From a virus, in the IMG/VR virus record IMGVR_UViG_3300042375_000684: a DNA stretch of 64,000 bases; one strand, given 5' to 3'. The notes under the pieces are model-generated. The model was not told the DNA's origin. It saw nothing but the letters and a program-made list of their open reading frames with translations, and did no database searches. Shown here piece by piece: positions 21,676 through 30,854 of this stretch (positions are counted from its first letter, which is position 1; every line of letters starts with the position of its first letter). Both the position numbers and the translations under genes were made by a program.

Positions 21676-24600
21676 TGGCTTTTAGGACAATCCGCGGTAA
21701 AACTTCTCTTCTTGGACAAGGATCTAAGTTAGAAACACCAATTAACCTAGACCCTCAAAACTTTGAGGGTGCTATTGTTTATGGTGATGATACATTTGTT
21801 TACTATTCAAATGGAACTCTGTGGATTAGATTAAATGAAGGTCTCCAAGGTTTACAAGGACTTCAGGGTATCCAAGGTTTGCAGGGATTTCAAGGCTTGC
21901 AGGGTATACCTGGTCAAGGATTACAGGGTCTACAAGGTTACCAAGGTATACAAGGTATTCAAGGCCAGGTAGGTCAAGGTATTCAAGGTATCCAGGGACC
22001 TCAAGGCATTCAGGGCGAACAAGGTACACAAGGAATTCAGGGCCCTCAAGGAATTCAGGGCCAACAAGGTATTCAGGGAACTCAAGGTATAATAGGACCT
22101 CAGGGTCTCCAGGGATCACAGGGTGTTCAAGGTAATCAGGGTATTCAGGGTCAGCAAGGTATTCAAGGTTCCACTGGTGAGCAAGGTATTCAGGGTCTTG
22201 TCGGGCAGCAAGGACTTCAAGGTATACAAGGTTCAATAGGAATTCAAGGTATACAGGGTGCTCAAGGCATTCAAGGAACTCAAGGTATTCAAGGAACTCA
22301 GGGAACACAAGGTGAACAGGGTATTCAAGGAACTCAGGGTGAACAAGGTATTCAAGGAATACAGGGTACTATAGGACCACAAGGAATACAAGGAACTCAG
22401 GGGAACCAGGGAACTCAAGGTGTTCAAGGAACTCAGGGGAACCAGGGAACTCAAGGTGTTCAAGGTACACAGGGTATTCAAGGTACTCAAGGGCCACAGG
22501 GTATTCAGGGACTTGTCGGTCAGCAAGGACTTCAAGGTATACAAGGTTCGATAGGAACTCAAGGTATTCAAGGTACACAGGGGACACAGGGTATTCAGGG
22601 GCCACAGGGTACTCAAGGTGTTCAAGGTATCCAAGGATATCAAGGAATTCAGGGATCTCAAGGTATTCAGGGGCCACAGGGTACTCAAGGTGTTCAAGGT
22701 ACTCAAGGTCGCCAAGGTCTTCAAGGAACTTATGGGCCATCATTAACAATTATCGGATCTGTTCTTGATGTTTCAAATTACACACCCCCAGATGATGAAC
22801 AAGATGTTTTAAATACTGCATTTAACACTGCAGTTGCGGGCAATGGTGTGATAGATCAAGCATCTGGCAATCTCTGGGTTTATGATGGTGTTAATTGGAA
22901 CAATGTTGGACAAATTCAAGGTCCACAAGGCGCCCAAGGTACACAGGGTATAACAGGATCAGGAATTCAAGGTATTATTGGAAGCCAAGGTATTCAAGGT
23001 AATCAAGGTATCCAGGGGCCGCAAGGAACTCAAGGAACTCAAGGTATCCAGGGACCACAAGGTATCCAAGGACCTCAGGGTATTCAAGGTTCTATTGGCA
23101 TTCAAGGTATTCAGGGTCCACAAGGTATCCAAGGGACACAGGGTACTCAGGGTATTCAAGGTTCTATTGGTTCCCAAGGTATTCAAGGCTCTATTGGTTT
23201 CCAAGGTATTCAAGGCACTCAGGGTGAACAGGGTGTCCAAGGTATACAAGGTTTGATAGGAACTCAAGGTATTCAGGGACCACAGGGTATTCAAGGAACT
23301 CAAGGCCGACAAGGTATTCAAGGTCTATTTGGTATTCAAGGTAACCAAGGTATTCAGGGTAACCAAGGTATTCAAGGTCTATTTGGTATTCAAGGTATTC
23401 AGGGTATTCAAGGTTCTATTGGTATTCAAGGTATTCAGGGACCACAGGGTATTCAAGGATCTCAAGGTATTCAGGGTATACAAGGATCTATTGGCGCTCA
23501 AGGTATTCAAGGCACTCAAGGTATTCAAGGCACTCAAGGTATTATTGGAAGCCAAGGTATTCAAGGTAATCAAGGCATCCAGGGGCCGCAAGGTATTCAA
23601 GGCGCTCAAGGTATTATTGGAAGCCAAGGTATTCAAGGTACTCAAGGTACTCAAGGTATACAAGGTCAAGTAGGACAGGGTATTCAAGGTTTACAAGGAC
23701 CTCAAGGTCAACAAGGTGTGCAAGGAACTCAGGGCCCGCAAGGAACTCAAGGTGTTCAAGGTCAAATCGGTCAACAAGGTATCCAAGGCTCTCAGGGTGT
23801 TCAAGGTATTCAAGGCATTCTTGGTAATCAAGGTATTCAAGGTATTTCAGGATTTGTCGGAGCAGTAGGTTCTCAAGGTGTCCAAGGTATTCAAGGTCTA
23901 TTTGGTAATCAAGGTATTCAAGGCCGTCAAGGTATTATAGGGCCAATAGGTGTTCAAGGTCTAAGAGGCGCTCAAGGTGTCCAAGGAACTCAAGGAACTC
24001 AGGGTGTTCAAGGTTTACAAGGTCTTGTTGGCCAAGGTATTCAGGGACTTCAAGGTGTTCAAGGTACATTCGGACCTGCGCTTACTGTTATTGGAAGTAT
24101 TAGTGTAGCAAGTGATGCGGCACTTAAAATTGCGTTTCCAAGTGCAGTTTCAGGTAATGCTGTAATTGAAACCAGTACCGGTAAATTATGGGTTTATGAT
24201 GGTGTAAATTGGTCTGAAGTAGGTCAATTCGTTGGAGCTCAAGGTATTCAGGGGCGCCAAGGTGTTCAAGGCATTCAGGGACTTGTTGGTCAAGGCATAC
24301 AAGGTATTCAGGGACCTCAAGGTACTCAAGGTCTACAAGGTGTCCAAGGAATTCAAGGTTCAACTGGGTCTCAAGGTAGACAAGGTGTCCAAGGTATACA
24401 AGGTCTTGTGGGCCAAGGCCTACAGGGGCTTCAAGGTCGACAAGGTATACAGGGTGTTCCTGGGTCATTTGCCGCTCAAGGTATCCAGGGTGTTCAAGGT
24501 ATATCCGGTCAAAGTTTCAATCAAGGCCTACAAGGTGTTCAGGGTACACAAGGCCGTCAAGGTTTCCAGGGAATATCGGGTCAAAGTTTTAACCAAGGTG

Positions 24601-25739
24601 TTCAAGGTGTTCAAGGGCAATCTGGTTCCGCAGTATTACAAGGTTTCCAGGGACTTCAAGGTACCGATGGTTTGTTTGCAGGACAAGGTATTCAAGGTCG
24701 CCAAGGTGTCCAAGGCCAATCTGGATCTGCTGTTGCTCAAGGTTTCCAGGGACTTCAAGGTACTTCAGGCTCTGCTGTTGCACAAGGTTATCAAGGTATA
24801 CAAGGACAGTCTGGATCTGCTGTAGCCCAAGGTTTCCAGGGACTTCAAGGTACTTCAGGGCAAAGTTTCAACCAAGGCTTACAAGGTGTTCAAGGACAAT
24901 CTGGTAATGCGGTTGCTCAAGGTTTCCAAGGACTTCAAGGTACTTCTGGTCAAAGCTTTAATCAAGGTCTCCAAGGTATTCAGGGTGTTCAGGGCGGCGG
25001 AGGTGTTATTGGTAACCAAGGTCTACAAGGTCGCCAAGGTGTCCAAGGAACTATTGGTGGTCAAGGTATTCAAGGTCTTTCAGGTGTAAGTTTCAACCAA
25101 GGTCTCCAAGGTCTACAAGGTCGCCAAGGTGTACAAGGAACTATTGGTGGTCAAGGTCTTTCAGGTGTTGGTGCTAACGGTTCACAGGGTATCCAAGGTA
25201 TCCAAGGTATTCAAGGTCGCCAAGGTATTCAGGGTACTTTAGGTCTGCAAGGTATAACAGGAGTTGGGTCACAAGGTATTCAAGGGATCTTTGGTATCCA
25301 AGGTATTCAAGGTACTACAGGTGTTACTGCCGACCAAACAGTAAATACTTCGAGTAACGTACGATTTAACAGTCTTGGGGTAGGAACTACCGCATCTGGA
25401 ACTGCAGGTGAAATTAGAGCAACTAATAATATTACTGCTTATTATTCCGATGATAGACTTAAAACTAGACTTGGGTTAATTGAAAATGCACTTGAAAAAG
25501 TTAAAACACTTGATGGTTTCTATTATGAAGCAAATGAAATTGCTCAGAGAATGGGTTACAAACCAATAAGAGAAGTCGGTATTTCTGCTCAGAAAGTGAA
25601 AGAAATTTTACCAGAAATTGTTGCTCCAGCTCCAATTGATGAAAGATATCTGACTGTAAGATATGAAAAAATAGTTCCACTTCTAATTGAAGCAATTAAA
25701 GAACTATCTGTAAAAATTGAAAGTCTGGAAGGGAAATAA
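21675..25739 (+). CDS. Collagen-like (Gly-X-Gln) fibre with C-terminal S74 chaperone
   Basis: Long GIQ/GTQ/GLQ/GVQ triplet runs, two small non-collagen knobs, C-terminal YSDDRLK...GISAQKVKEILPEIV...[15 protein letters not shown]. Confidence 0.85.
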   Translation: MAFRTIRGKTSLLGQGSKLETPINLDPQNFEGAIVYGDDTFVYYSNGTLWIRLNEGLQGLQGLQGIQGLQGFQGLQGIPGQGLQGLQGYQGIQGIQGQVGQGIQGIQGPQGIQGEQGTQGIQGPQGIQGQQGIQGTQGIIGPQGLQGSQGVQGNQGIQGQQGIQGSTGEQGIQGLVGQQGLQGIQGSIGIQGIQGAQGIQGTQGIQGTQGTQGEQGIQGTQGEQGIQGIQGTIGPQGIQGTQGNQGTQGVQGTQGNQGTQGVQGTQGIQGTQGPQGIQGLVGQQGLQGIQGSIGTQGIQGTQGTQGIQGPQGTQGVQGIQGYQGIQGSQGIQGPQGTQGVQGTQGRQGLQGTYGPSLTIIGSVLDVSNYTPPDDEQDVLNTAFNTAVAGNGVIDQASGNLWVYDGVNWNNVGQIQGPQGAQGTQGITGSGIQGIIGSQGIQGNQGIQGPQGTQGTQGIQGPQGIQGPQGIQGSIGIQGIQGPQGIQGTQGTQGIQGSIGSQGIQGSIGFQGIQGTQGEQGVQGIQGLIGTQGIQGPQGIQGTQGRQGIQGLFGIQGNQGIQGNQGIQGLFGIQGIQGIQGSIGIQGIQGPQGIQGSQGIQGIQGSIGAQGIQGTQGIQGTQGIIGSQGIQGNQGIQGPQGIQGAQGIIGSQGIQGTQGTQGIQGQVGQGIQGLQGPQGQQGVQGTQGPQGTQGVQGQIGQQGIQGSQGVQGIQGILGNQGIQGISGFVGAVGSQGVQGIQGLFGNQGIQGRQGIIGPIGVQGLRGAQGVQGTQGTQGVQGLQGLVGQGIQGLQGVQGTFGPALTVIGSISVASDAALKIAFPSAVSGNAVIETSTGKLWVYDGVNWSEVGQFVGAQGIQGRQGVQGIQGLVGQGIQGIQGPQGTQGLQGVQGIQGSTGSQGRQGVQGIQGLVGQGLQGLQGRQGIQGVPGSFAAQGIQGVQGISGQSFNQGLQGVQGTQGRQGFQGISGQSFNQGVQGVQGQSGSAVLQGFQGLQGTDGLFAGQGIQGRQGVQGQSGSAVAQGFQGLQGTSGSAVAQGYQGIQGQSGSAVAQGFQGLQGTSGQSFNQGLQGVQGQSGNAVAQGFQGLQGTSGQSFNQGLQGIQGVQGGGGVIGNQGLQGRQGVQGTIGGQGIQGLSGVSFNQGLQGLQGRQGVQGTIGGQGLSGVGANGSQGIQGIQGIQGRQGIQGTLGLQGITGVGSQGIQGIFGIQGIQGTTGVTADQTVNTSSNVRFNSLGVGTTASGTAGEIRATNNITAYYSDDRLKTRLGLIENALEKVKTLDGFYYEANEIAQRMGYKPIREVGISAQKVKEILPEIVAPAPIDERYLTVRYEKIVPLLIEAIKELSVKIESLEGK
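21840..25322 (+). repeat. Coding tandem repeat: Gly-X-Gln triplets (CAAGGT/CAGGG units)
   Basis: 9-nt periodicity visible throughout, interrupted at about 22735-22915 and 24070-24235 by two homologous knob domains. Confidence 0.95.
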
Positions 25740-25742
25740 GTA

Positions 25743-26783
25743 ATGACCCTTCCACTATTTCCTAACGGAATATCAACAAATCAAATGAATGTCGAGTTGG
25801 CAAGAACTGACACGACAACTCTGACTATGAATGAAAATATTGTTCGGGATATGCTGGCAGGAGATACGCCAAATCTTGCGGCAGCACCATATGCAAATTT
25901 ATCACAAATATCATTTTCGGATGGACACGGAAAAGATGCACCATTTAGAGCATCAATTTCTACTAATGCAAATGATGTTAATGTTAGAACATATTTAATA
26001 GGACTTGGATGGGATCAAGCTAAAAGAGTTGTATTAACAATAGATTCGGGTATTACGGTATCAACAACCAGTTCAGGTGCAGGTTTTTATGCCCTTACAG
26101 TTTCTGGCTCATTTCCTAAAGGTATTCGTATTGTTAATAACGGTACTATAGCAGGAAAAGGCGGTCCTGGTGGAAATGGTGGTGGTTCTCCAGCAACAAA
26201 TTCAACATCATTACGAGGTACTGCTGGAGGTTCTGGAGGTGCTGCATTATATGCTAGCACTGCGGTGACTGTTATTAATAATGGTACTATAGCTGGTGGT
26301 GGCGGCGGCGGCGGCGGCAGTGCTGGTGTATATGCTGTTATGACTGCAAATGCTAAAAAGTTATGGGCCGGGGGTCCTGGCGGTGGAGGTGGTGCAGGCG
26401 GCACTGGAGGTACTGGAGGTACTCGCGGCACAACAACATGGCAATCTCCTATTATTCCTGCAATAACATATCCGACAAATGGTTCTAGTGGCACTGCCAC
26501 AGCAGGAGGAAGTGGTGGTGATGGTGGTAACTATGCATTTAATGATGGATCCGGTGGTAGCGGCGGGTTGATCTGGTCAAATCCACCAAATGGTGGTAGC
26601 GGTGGGGCTTTGGGCAGTGCCGGAACAAGTGGAAATTCTGCAGGCGGGGCATTTGGTTCCGCGACTATTGTTAATGGATCTGCAGGCGGCGCTGGTGGAG
26701 CTGCAGGTCTTGCAGTTAAAGGGTCAAATTATGTTACTTTTTCTACATTAGGAACTGTAGCAGGCGGGACAGAAACAGTTTAA
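25743..26783 (+). CDS. Glycine-rich fibre-tip adhesin (gp38-like architecture)
   Basis: MTLP...ISTNQMNVEL N-terminus, VLTIDSGITV, IVNNGTIAGKGG and poly-Gly loops; directly after an S74 fibre. Confidence 0.6.
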   Translation: MTLPLFPNGISTNQMNVELARTDTTTLTMNENIVRDMLAGDTPNLAAAPYANLSQISFSDGHGKDAPFRASISTNANDVNVRTYLIGLGWDQAKRVVLTIDSGITVSTTSSGAGFYALTVSGSFPKGIRIVNNGTIAGKGGPGGNGGGSPATNSTSLRGTAGGSGGAALYASTAVTVINNGTIAGGGGGGGGSAGVYAVMTANAKKLWAGGPGGGGGAGGTGGTGGTRGTTTWQSPIIPAITYPTNGSSGTATAGGSGGDGGNYAFNDGSGGSGGLIWSNPPNGGSGGALGSAGTSGNSAGGAFGSATIVNGSAGGAGGAAGLAVKGSNYVTFSTLGTVAGGTETV

Positions 26784-26795
26784 TAGGAAAACAAC

Positions 26796-27236
26796 ATGCA
26801 AATCAAATATACATATAAAGTATTAAATGTTGATACAAATGGAAGAACTATGGAAGTTAAATATACATCACCAACTCATGGTGATATGAATGTATATACA
26901 AGAATTCCATATGAAGGTGAAACTTTAGAAGCTGTAATAGTCCAATATTCACCTGTTGCATATTGGATAGAAAAAGATGCAGTAGTTCAAACTATAGATG
27001 TTGCAGCTGCATTCGGTGCAATTGATTATTCTGATGAACCTACATTGGAAGAGCGCTCAGGACAAATGAGAGCAATCCGTAATCAACTGCTTCTTCTTTG
27101 TGACTATACACAACTTCCAGATGCACCTGCTTCGATCAATAAAGAAGCTTGGTCACTATATCGTCAAGAATTAAGAGATGTGACATCACAAGCTGGTTTC
27201 CCAGACAATATTGTATGGCCGACACCGCCTCAGTAA
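26796..27236 (+). CDS. Tail fibre assembly chaperone
   Basis: RAIRNQLLLLCDYTQLPDAP...WSLYRQELRDVTSQAGFPDNIVWPTPP: Tfa/XkdW-type C-terminal motif. Confidence 0.8.
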   Translation: MQIKYTYKVLNVDTNGRTMEVKYTSPTHGDMNVYTRIPYEGETLEAVIVQYSPVAYWIEKDAVVQTIDVAAAFGAIDYSDEPTLEERSGQMRAIRNQLLLLCDYTQLPDAPASINKEAWSLYRQELRDVTSQAGFPDNIVWPTPPQ

Positions 27237-27244
27237 TATAAATA
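27237..27244 (+). promoter_or_regulatory. T4-type late promoter TATAAATA (RCC1 module)
   Basis: Exact consensus immediately after the stop of 26796..27236. Confidence 0.75.
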
Positions 27245-27280
27245 CTTGTATAGCCGAGTACTCATGAAAGGGGCGCGAAG

Positions 27281-27535
27281 ATGGCAATCAAGATTCAAGG
27301 CACTACGATCATCAATGATCAAACTGCTTACATAGATTTAGCTGGAACTACAGCAGTCAAAGTTCCTGCGGGAACAACTGGTCAGCAACCAACTGGTGTT
27401 CTAGGTCAGTTGCGCTACAATACTACAACAAATTCGTTTGAAGGTTATAGTAATGCTGGTTGGGGTTCCATTGGCGGCGGTGGCGGAGCAGGTACTGATG
27501 AATTTGCAAGAACAATAGCATTTTTAGGATTATAA
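27281..27535 (+). CDS. Small fibre-associated protein
   Basis: PAGTTGQQPTG..GQLRYNTTTNSFEGY...W is a recurring phage fibre motif; SD AAGGGG upstream. Confidence 0.65.
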   Translation: MAIKIQGTTIINDQTAYIDLAGTTAVKVPAGTTGQQPTGVLGQLRYNTTTNSFEGYSNAGWGSIGGGGGAGTDEFARTIAFLGL

Positions 27536-27536
27536 T

Positions 27537-28862
27537 ATGATACCTGTAAATAGTCTCATTACAAAATTAAATTCTGCTATAGCAACTGGTGGATTGACTA
27601 GTCTTGAATTAGCACAAGTTTTTGGTGCAATAGAATCAATAGAAAAAAGTGGTATAGGAGTTGTTACTGCAACTTTAAATTTACCGCCTGCTGCCAATAA
27701 TAAAGGTAGATTTGTATACATCACTTCTGAAAGTAAATATGTATATAGCAATGGTATTACTTGGGACATTAATAATATACTTAGATTTCCAGATGCCAAT
27801 GGATATGCATGGGGCACCGCTGTCTATGGTAGACTTGGCGATGGTACTACTGTTGCTAAATCATCACCTGTTTCTGTAATAGGTGGTTTTACAGATTGGG
27901 TTCAACTAAATGCTGGCTCTCAACATAGTTTTGGTATTCGTGCAAATGGGACTGCATGGGCGTGGGGTGCCGCCACCTCGGGAAAACTAGGTGATGGAAC
28001 AACTGTTTCTAAATCATCTCCTGTATCGGTTGCAGGTGGGTACACTGATTGGGTTCAAGTAAGTGCAGGTGCCACACATAGTCTTGGCTTAAGAGCAAAT
28101 GGGACTGCGTGGGCATGGGGCGCTGGTACAAACGGAAGACTTGGTGACAACACTGCAGTAGCAAAATCGGCTCCTGTATCGGTTGCAGGTGGTTTTATAG
28201 ATTGGGTGCAAGTAAGTGCTGGCGCCATTCATAGTCTCGGTGTAAGAGCAAATGGAACCGCATGGGCTTGGGGTTCTGGTGCAAGTGGTATTTTGGGGGA
28301 CAATACCACAGTATCCAAATCGTCTCCAGTTTTGGTGGTAGGTGGCTTTACAGATTGGATTCAAGTAAGTGCTGGTGCCACACATAGTCTTGGCTTAAGA
28401 GCAAATGGAACTGCTTGGGCATGGGGGCCGAGCACAAATGGCAGACTTGGTGATGGAACAATAGTTTCTAAATTGTCTCCAGTTTCAGTGGTAGGTGGTT
28501 TTACGGATTGGATTCAAGTAAGTGCGGGCGGCTTGAGCAGCGGGCATAGTGTCGGTCTTCGAGCTAATGGAACTGCTTGGGCATGGGGTTATAATACTAA
28601 CGGTCAATTAGGTGATGGTACGGTTTCATCTAGAACATCACCAGTATCTGTAGTTGGTGGTTTTACAGATTGGGTTCAAGTAAATGCCGGGACCTCTAAT
28701 AGTGTCGGTCTTCGAGCTAATGGAACTGCTTGGGCTTGGGGTGCTGCTATTTTAGGTGACAACACGGCAGTAGGTAAATTGTCTCCAGTATCTATAGTGG
28801 GATCCCTCAATTGGGTTCAAATAAGCACAAATGTTGCCCATATGTTAGGAATTAAAGCATGA
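27537..28862 (+). CDS. RCC1/BLIP-II-type 7-repeat beta-propeller protein 1
   Basis: Seven ~51-aa repeats AWAWG....G.LGD....KSSPVSVVGGFTDW.QVSAG..HS.G.RANGT. Confidence 0.88.
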   Translation: MIPVNSLITKLNSAIATGGLTSLELAQVFGAIESIEKSGIGVVTATLNLPPAANNKGRFVYITSESKYVYSNGITWDINNILRFPDANGYAWGTAVYGRLGDGTTVAKSSPVSVIGGFTDWVQLNAGSQHSFGIRANGTAWAWGAATSGKLGDGTTVSKSSPVSVAGGYTDWVQVSAGATHSLGLRANGTAWAWGAGTNGRLGDNTAVAKSAPVSVAGGFIDWVQVSAGAIHSLGVRANGTAWAWGSGASGILGDNTTVSKSSPVLVVGGFTDWIQVSAGATHSLGLRANGTAWAWGPSTNGRLGDGTIVSKLSPVSVVGGFTDWIQVSAGGLSSGHSVGLRANGTAWAWGYNTNGQLGDGTVSSRTSPVSVVGGFTDWVQVNAGTSNSVGLRANGTAWAWGAAILGDNTAVGKLSPVSIVGSLNWVQISTNVAHMLGIKA

Positions 28863-30193
28863 CAGCAATATTAAATATTATTGAAATTATAGTAGATAAA
28901 ATTACTAATTCTACAACAGAACAAGAATTTCTATTCCTTTCTAAGATTATAGAAAAATTAAATGTAAATAAAGTAAAAACTGTAACTTTATATACAGATA
29001 TGTTTGATGATTCTTATACATATGGTGATCTGTATTTTGTAGAAACTGAAAATTCTCTATATTATAGTTTTGGCCCTAATAGACTTAAGGTAGTAGAAGG
29101 AAGTCCAAGTCTATTCTCATTTGGCGAAAATGGATCTGGACAATTAGGCGATAATACCGGTATAGGAAAGCAATCACCAGTTTCAGTAGTTGGTGGTTTT
29201 ACAGATTGGATTTATTCGAGTTCTGGATTTAGTCATAATCATGTAATTAGATCTAATGGTACTTTATGGGGTTGGGGATATAACGGCAACGGCCGAATAG
29301 GTGACAATACTGTTACAGTTAGATCATCACCTGTATCTGTTGTAGGTGGTTTTACAGATTGGACAGAAGTAAGTGCTGGAAATGCATTTTCTCTAGGTTT
29401 AAGAGCAAACGGAACTGCCTGGGCCTGGGGTAATAATACTAGGGGCCAATTAGGTGATGAAACAATAGTTTCTAAATTATCTCCTGTATCTGTAGTCGGT
29501 GGTTATGTTGATTGGATTCAAGTAAGTGCTGGGCCAGCCTCATTCCCGCATAGTGTAGGTTTAAGAGCAAACGGAACTGCCTGGTCCTGGGGTAATAATG
29601 GTAACGGACAGCTTGGAGATAACACTTTAGTATCCAAATCTTCCCCTGTATCGGTTGTAGGTGGTTTTACAGATTGGACACAAGTAAGCGCCGGAGGTTA
29701 CCATAGTTTGGGAATTAGAGAAAATGGAACTGCGTGGGCGTGGGGAGCGAACACAAATGGAAGACTTGGTGATAATACTACAGTAGGTAAATCGTCTCCA
29801 GTGTCAGTAGTTGGTGGGTACACTGATTGGGTTCAAGTAAGTGCAGGTGATCGTCATAATCTCGGTATAAGAGCAAATGGAACTGCTTGGGCATGGGGTT
29901 ATAATCTATATGGAAGACTTGGCGATGGAACGACTGTTTCTAAATCATCTCCTGTGTCAGTTGTAGGTGGTTTTACAGATTGGGTTCAAGTAAGTGCTAA
30001 TATACATAGTGTAGGATTAAGATTAAATGGTACAGCATGGGGCTGGGGTGGAAATGGTAGTGGCCGCTTAGGTGATGGTACTGTTACTAGTAGATTATCA
30101 CCAGCATCTGTCATTGGTGGATTTGGCAATTTTAATGATTGGGTTCAACTAAATGCTGGTGGTGCATTTAGTGTCGGTATAAGAACATTATAA
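28859..30193 (+). CDS. RCC1/BLIP-II-type 7-repeat beta-propeller protein 2
   Basis: Same repeat, seven copies counted. Confidence 0.88.
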   Translation: MTAILNIIEIIVDKITNSTTEQEFLFLSKIIEKLNVNKVKTVTLYTDMFDDSYTYGDLYFVETENSLYYSFGPNRLKVVEGSPSLFSFGENGSGQLGDNTGIGKQSPVSVVGGFTDWIYSSSGFSHNHVIRSNGTLWGWGYNGNGRIGDNTVTVRSSPVSVVGGFTDWTEVSAGNAFSLGLRANGTAWAWGNNTRGQLGDETIVSKLSPVSVVGGYVDWIQVSAGPASFPHSVGLRANGTAWSWGNNGNGQLGDNTLVSKSSPVSVVGGFTDWTQVSAGGYHSLGIRENGTAWAWGANTNGRLGDNTTVGKSSPVSVVGGYTDWVQVSAGDRHNLGIRANGTAWAWGYNLYGRLGDGTTVSKSSPVSVVGGFTDWVQVSANIHSVGLRLNGTAWGWGGNGSGRLGDGTVTSRLSPASVIGGFGNFNDWVQLNAGGAFSVGIRTL

Positions 30194-30210
30194 TATAAGG
30201 ATTAAGTAAT

Positions 30211-30849
30211 ATGTCATATGGAATAGTACACAAAAATAGAGTAGTTGTAGGACCAATGGCTTGGTCCCAAAAGTATTTTACATCAGCTCTTAAAATTCGT
30301 CATAAAATAGATGCAAATATACCTGGCATTGAACCAGAAATATTGCCATATGTAATTGACAATGATACTAAAATTCATAGAGTTGTCGAAAATAGACCAG
30401 AATTAAATACTATGATTCATTATTATTATGGCCCAATTTGGGATTTTTCTAATGATATTATAATTGCAAATTATGAAGTAAAAGATATTTCTATTGAAGT
30501 TGCAAAAGATAATTTTAGATCGGTATTGGCATCTGAAAGATACAAAAAAGAAATTTCAAATACTAAATTGACTTTACAAAATCTTGAAATAACCATTGAT
30601 ACCTCCCGAGAAAGAAGAAATGTATACATACAAAAGTTTTTAACTATGAATGATGGTGAAGTAATAAATTGGAAATTTTCCGAAGGTTGGTTAACTATAT
30701 CTAAAGAAGAATTAAGTATTATAGCTAAAGCATGTGCAGATTATATTCAAGATACATTTAATTGGGAAAAGTCATTAAATGAGCAAATTGATTCTTGCTT
30801 AACTACTGAAGAACTTTTAAATTTAGATTTTATTAACAAATTGGCTTAA
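30211..30849 (+). CDS. DUF4376-like fibre-associated chaperone
   Basis: LASERYKKEI....IDTSRE...INWKFSEGWLTISKEEL..IAKACADYIQDTFNWE....QIDSC pattern. Confidence 0.65.
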   Translation: MSYGIVHKNRVVVGPMAWSQKYFTSALKIRHKIDANIPGIEPEILPYVIDNDTKIHRVVENRPELNTMIHYYYGPIWDFSNDIIIANYEVKDISIEVAKDNFRSVLASERYKKEISNTKLTLQNLEITIDTSRERRNVYIQKFLTMNDGEVINWKFSEGWLTISKEELSIIAKACADYIQDTFNWEKSLNEQIDSCLTTEELLNLDFINKLA

Positions 30850-30854
30850 GTATA

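Noticed and set aside
21826-25089. Alternative-frame ORFs over the Gly-X-Gln collagen (LEYLE, LNTL, KVFKV repeats)
   Set aside because: Frame artefacts of the 9-nt repeat.
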